This document shows, piece after piece, positions 59,045 to 64,000 of a stretch of DNA of 64,000 bases. Source of the stretch: Eledone cirrhosa (taxonomy: Eukaryota); contig OZ024745.1 in the NCBI GenBank assembly GCA_964016885.1, positions 66,712,001 through 66,776,000 on the forward strand, in the 5' to 3' direction. The notes beneath the pieces were generated by a model. That model was not told where the DNA came from and ran no database searches. It worked only from the letters and a program-made list of their open reading frames with translations. The position numbers and the translations under genes were made by a program. The first letter of the stretch is position 1. The number at the start of each line of letters is the position of its first letter.

Positions 59045-59265
59045 TAATTGTTTCTACGTTTCGCACATAATTTCGCACGTAATTTGAAGGGGAGAGGAAA
59101 CGTCGATTACATCGACCCCAGTGTGTTGCTGGCACTTTTCTACACAGTAAGGATTAATTGCAATGCAAACCTCGGCTGGATTTGAACTAAGAACGTAAAG
59201 GGGCGTAACTATATGCCGCAAAGCATGTTGTCCGATGGTCTACCGATACTGCCAATCCAAGGCCC
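59045..59265 (-). mobile_element. SINE family 1 (diverged variant)
   Basis: 'ctaccgatactgccaatcc', 'ggatttgaact', 'atcgaccccagt'. Confidence 0.75.
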
Positions 59266-62200
59266 TATCACTATAATTAGTAGAATTGGTTGACACAAGC
59301 AACAAGGTCCTGGCAATATATTGTTGCATCCAGCTACGCTGCGAGTTAGAAGCCACACGATGTAGTCTTTGACTTCTGTTATTCCGATGTTGATAAGGTA
59401 AATGCCATCCTCACACTAGAGTTGGTTTATTCGTTTATTCCATACGCAATATCTGTGGCTTTTCGCCTTTCTCCACCATAGTGAATACTAAATGGAATAT
59501 AAAATTTCATGAACTGTTGACTCCGATTTTCATGTAACAAGTTACTTATTGTAAATGTATTCAGAATATGAAATTAATTTTATTATAGTATTCATAGCCA
59601 TTTTATCGACTAAAGTGAGTTTGAAGACAATCCGAGTTTATTTGTCGAATTAGACTTCTTTCTGGTTTTATTTTCACCAAATTCTAAGAACGCAGAACAA
59701 ATATAAATGTCACAAGCTGTCTGGTGTATTGCTTGCCGGTTTATGGGAGGTCTTAAGCCAATTTGAGTCATTCTAATTTCTATCTAAACCAACATGAAAC
59801 AGCAATGAAGTACCATTTTCATTTCTTATGTTTACTCTGTTTAAAATGTAAGTTCACATTAGATAACGCTGCTTTATATATATTGGGGATGGGGTACAGA
59901 GTTATGGCTGATGAATCACAGCTTTCCATCTTATTTAAGTCCGATATGATCTGATCTGGGTTAAATATAAAAGGTAACAACAATAAAATTACTGCCCATT
60001 ATCGTATTTATACACAAGTCCAATATCGTATTTATACACAAAACCATAAATAAGTAATGGAGGGTAATATGATACGATTAAAAGTATTTTATATAGATTT
60101 ATTCGGGAGTCTCTGAGTACGTATACAATTATATATACAACTAAATTGCAACATATTTTCAGCAATTTGGAAAAAAAGTAATAAGGCATTGTGAAAAGCA
60201 AACTAAATACTGATTACATTGTATACGATAATTATAGGTAAGATTTCCTCTCAAGTATACTTTGTTGAACATGTCAAAATGCCAACATTTTGATATTTAA
60301 CACGAGAAGGGTCTGTCGAACGAAATGAATTATAATACTTAATTGTGGGTCTTTGTTTTCTCAGATAAGCTTTTCTGCATTTCGATATCACTTCTCATTG
60401 AGAAGTAGTGTTGTTACTCCTCTGTCTTGTTTATCGATTTTTCATTTCTTCCACAGCTTTCCTCCATCCTAAGTAATAAACCAATATTTTAAAGCCAACT
60501 CATGATTATTGCATAACATTCGACAATAAAGTGAAATTGCCCCAAACACTTACTAAATGAACTTACATAGTCGGTAAATTATATATTCCAGATGTTTATA
60601 TGAAATGCAAATAACGGAGTAATGTTTTATAGCGGAATATGATACTTAGATATTTTAATTTTATGAAAAATTATGTGTAATTTCTTCAATAGATAAGTTT
60701 TCAATTTCAAATATTTTTTCAGAAGTATTCTCAATTTCCTATATATATATATATATGTGTGTGTGTGTGGGGGGGGGGGGGGGGCAATTTATTTATCTCA
60801 CTAGACTTTATGGTTTCCGTTTAAAACATTTGTTTCCACGATATATTAAAATAGTTTTTATCTAGTTTGATATTTTCAGACAATATTCCCCATTTACAAA
60901 CGTTTCTTCAATTTTCTATAATTGAATTTCTATTTGTATTTTAGCGTTGATGTATGCGTTGCTTGTAATTGAGCGTTGTTAGTAATGTTTTTTATAATTG
61001 TTATATGAATATCAAAGATACTAGACATATACATCTTCAAATTTTTGTCATGAAAAGGGGTGATAATATAAATATACTAGAGGCTGAACATTCGCAAAAT
61101 TCTGTTCTGATTTCTTCAGTGTCGACAGTTGTACGATTATTCTAAATAGAACAAGATATTTAGTACATAATAAACATACGTTGAAATGTTCTGAATATCA
61201 TAAGAGTTAGTGCTCTGATACATTAAAACAGATTAATCTTATAATGTAACCGATTTTTGAAAGGCAGAGTTGCTTTCGACGTACTCTAGAAAAGACGAAA
61301 TTATACAAAACATACTGAATATGTCAACATGTATATGTATTTCTTAATGTATGTATTTGTGACAAATAAGGTTGTTTACGTGCTTGTAAGATAGACGGAT
61401 GTATCTATATAACGTTTTTAATATATTTAAACGTTGAAGTGATTTGATCCACATCGTGCTATTCCCCGAATCATTCAACCATGTGAAATATATATTAGTA
61501 CTAAGGACATCTATTCATATAATATGATTAGCGTTTCTCTTAAGAAAAATTTGCAGTGTAAATTTGAACGATTAGCACCGTGTACATATGGTGCGTTAAC
61601 ACAAGTTATTTCCATTTAATTTTAAATCCCCCCAAAACCTGTTTAGTTTTAGAACCAATTTTACTTTTAAAGGCTTATAAAAACAAATATTCTTGTTTCT
61701 GGAATATATGTTGACTAAAGCAAATTTTAAAACATAGTTACCCATGTAACATCCTATCTTCGAAAATAGAACCAACGCCTTTTCTTCTAAGTTGTCTAGT
61801 TGTCAATATGCCTATCACTCTATCTATGTCTACATATTAATCTACCTGCCTCCCAGTATATTTATATTTATAATTATAACTATCTTTGGTTGGGAATAAT
61901 GGGAACAACAGATGTCACGAACCTCAATAGCAGTGCGAAAATTGTTAGATAGATAGGTAAAACCAGCTCGATAGAAATCTTACTCTATTGACATTCAGAA
62001 GTCATCGCTTTTCAACATCATTTAGAGTTACATAAAATTGTATCTCACTGTATTATTTACTGAAAGGAATAAATAAAGAATATCTTCGAGAGATTCTTCA
62101 TTAACTTTCTATTACTCCTTTTACAGCTGGTATAAAAATATCTTATGTAATAACTTATGTAATTCTATGTGGTATTCGTATTTTTTCATGATATATCAAA

Positions 62201-62658
62201 TAGTATACTGCATGAAGCTTTTTTCCCCCTTTTTTAAATATGAGATGTTGATTTCTGAAAAAACATTAAGTTTGGATGTTTGCTAATACTTTCATTCAGT
62301 GTCTTAAAATTGAAAATATGTTTTACTTTCTTAAATCCATTAACTCACGCCCAGCATGCCTTTTTTGAAGGTTTCACTGAATCATTTCCTATTCCTATTT
62401 CATGTTTATATGGTATAGAGATAAAAGGAATATTGTCAATATCTTTCCAATATTTGGATGTGTAGATTGCCTCGGAATACCTCGGTTTCGACACGATAGA
62501 AAATGATTTTATTTCTTACATGGTTTTATCTCCTGTCATAACGATTTCTACTGATTTCTAAGTGGCAGCCATACATCGCAAATAGGCCGAGTCGTTCGAG
62601 TGGAGGACAAATGACTTGCGGTGTTTGTTCCATTTCTCTGTTATCTAACTTCTTACAT

Positions 62659-62840
62659 AATTGTTTCTACTTTTGGCACAAGGCCAGCAAATACCCAGTA
62701 CATTACTGGTACTTTATTTTATCGACCCCGTAAGGATGAAAGGTAAAGTTAACCTCGCCGGGATTTGAACTCAGAATGGCAAGAGCCGTAACTCTATGCG
62801 TCAAAGCATGGCGTCCGACCCTCTACCGATACTGTAAATC
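62659..62840 (-). mobile_element. SINE family 1
   Basis: Reverse-complement homologue of 44266-44458. Confidence 0.85.
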
Positions 62841-63364
62841 AGTTAGGCTGTTTATCCTTTCATTGTAGATACAATGTAGTATTAACCCAGAGCAGCCAAT
62901 TGGTAGAATTTTTATAGTATTGCCGCAATTTTTTGTGTTATTTGTTAAAATATTTAAACAGACTACCTGGACGGTAGACCTAATTTCATGTGCATTTTCA
63001 TACTCCTACACAGGTATTGCACAATCGACAATCTTGCAAATATTCGAGGGAAGTCTCTGGTTTGAGATACATCCCTTACTGTCCACCAATCCTAGATGCC
63101 CTGTTATTTCATCTTTGTTGAACTTTAAAAAAATAAATTTTGATCATTGATACATTTAAATTGATTAAAAGAAGTTCATGTTTTATTCAGAACTAGGTTT
63201 GATTTTGAATATGTATGAATTATGTATGAAATATGTATGAAATATGACATATACTCATGAAATAACTGTTCACATTGACCATATGTGCTAATCGATTGAA
63301 AGCGATTTTGCATAGTAGTAAACGACACCTTTTGGGCTAATGCATCAATATATATATATATATA

Positions 63365-63684
<320 letters not shown>

Positions 63685-64000
63685 ATACTTGACGATGTTG
63701 TAGATGTGCAACGAAATAACTTTGTTAGACTATATATATATGTGTTTGTGTCTATATTGTATCTGTATTTTTGACCGTTGGTCAGTCAATTGAGGACCGA
63801 ATAAATTAAATTAACCGATATGAAAGACACAGAAGCGAAAAGCAACCAAACAGTGAGTGTGTTCTGTTATTAATTCTGGCAATATTATTACACAAAATTT
63901 GAGCCTCTCCAAGTATAACAATATTTGTTTCGACACACGATTTCATATCAAAAACCTCTCAAAACTAATTCATCGCCGTTATATATATATATATCAGGGC

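Overview
AT-rich eukaryotic DNA, very rich in (TA)n/(CA)n/(CATA)n/(GATA)n microsatellites. The SINE and repeat content resembles an octopod cephalopod (inference, not verified). No intact host gene is recognisable, and almost all listed ORFs are microsatellite noise. Retroelements present: two frameshifted Penelope-like elements (PLE; RT plus C-terminal GIY-YIG) at about 11.6-14.8 kb and 24.4-26.7 kb, several PLE 3' fragments, two R4/Dong-like RLE LINE fragments, a Tx1/L1-like 3' fragment, RTE fragments, two tRNA-type SINE families and a Tc1/pogo-type MITE. The main hidden signal is a swarm of minimal type-I hammerhead ribozymes (HHRs), about 10 well-formed plus several decayed, in at least six unrelated sequence contexts. 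Many have palindromic loop 3, some show compensated stems between copies, and a recurrent CCGANGA core variant occurs. They sit in small non-coding fold-back elements inserted in (TA)n tracts. One family forms a circularly permuted, tandem 427-nt HHR-bounded unit, a retrozyme/circRNA candidate. Another forms a 1.27-kb near-perfect palindrome. All structures were folded by eye and need computational and biochemical confirmation.
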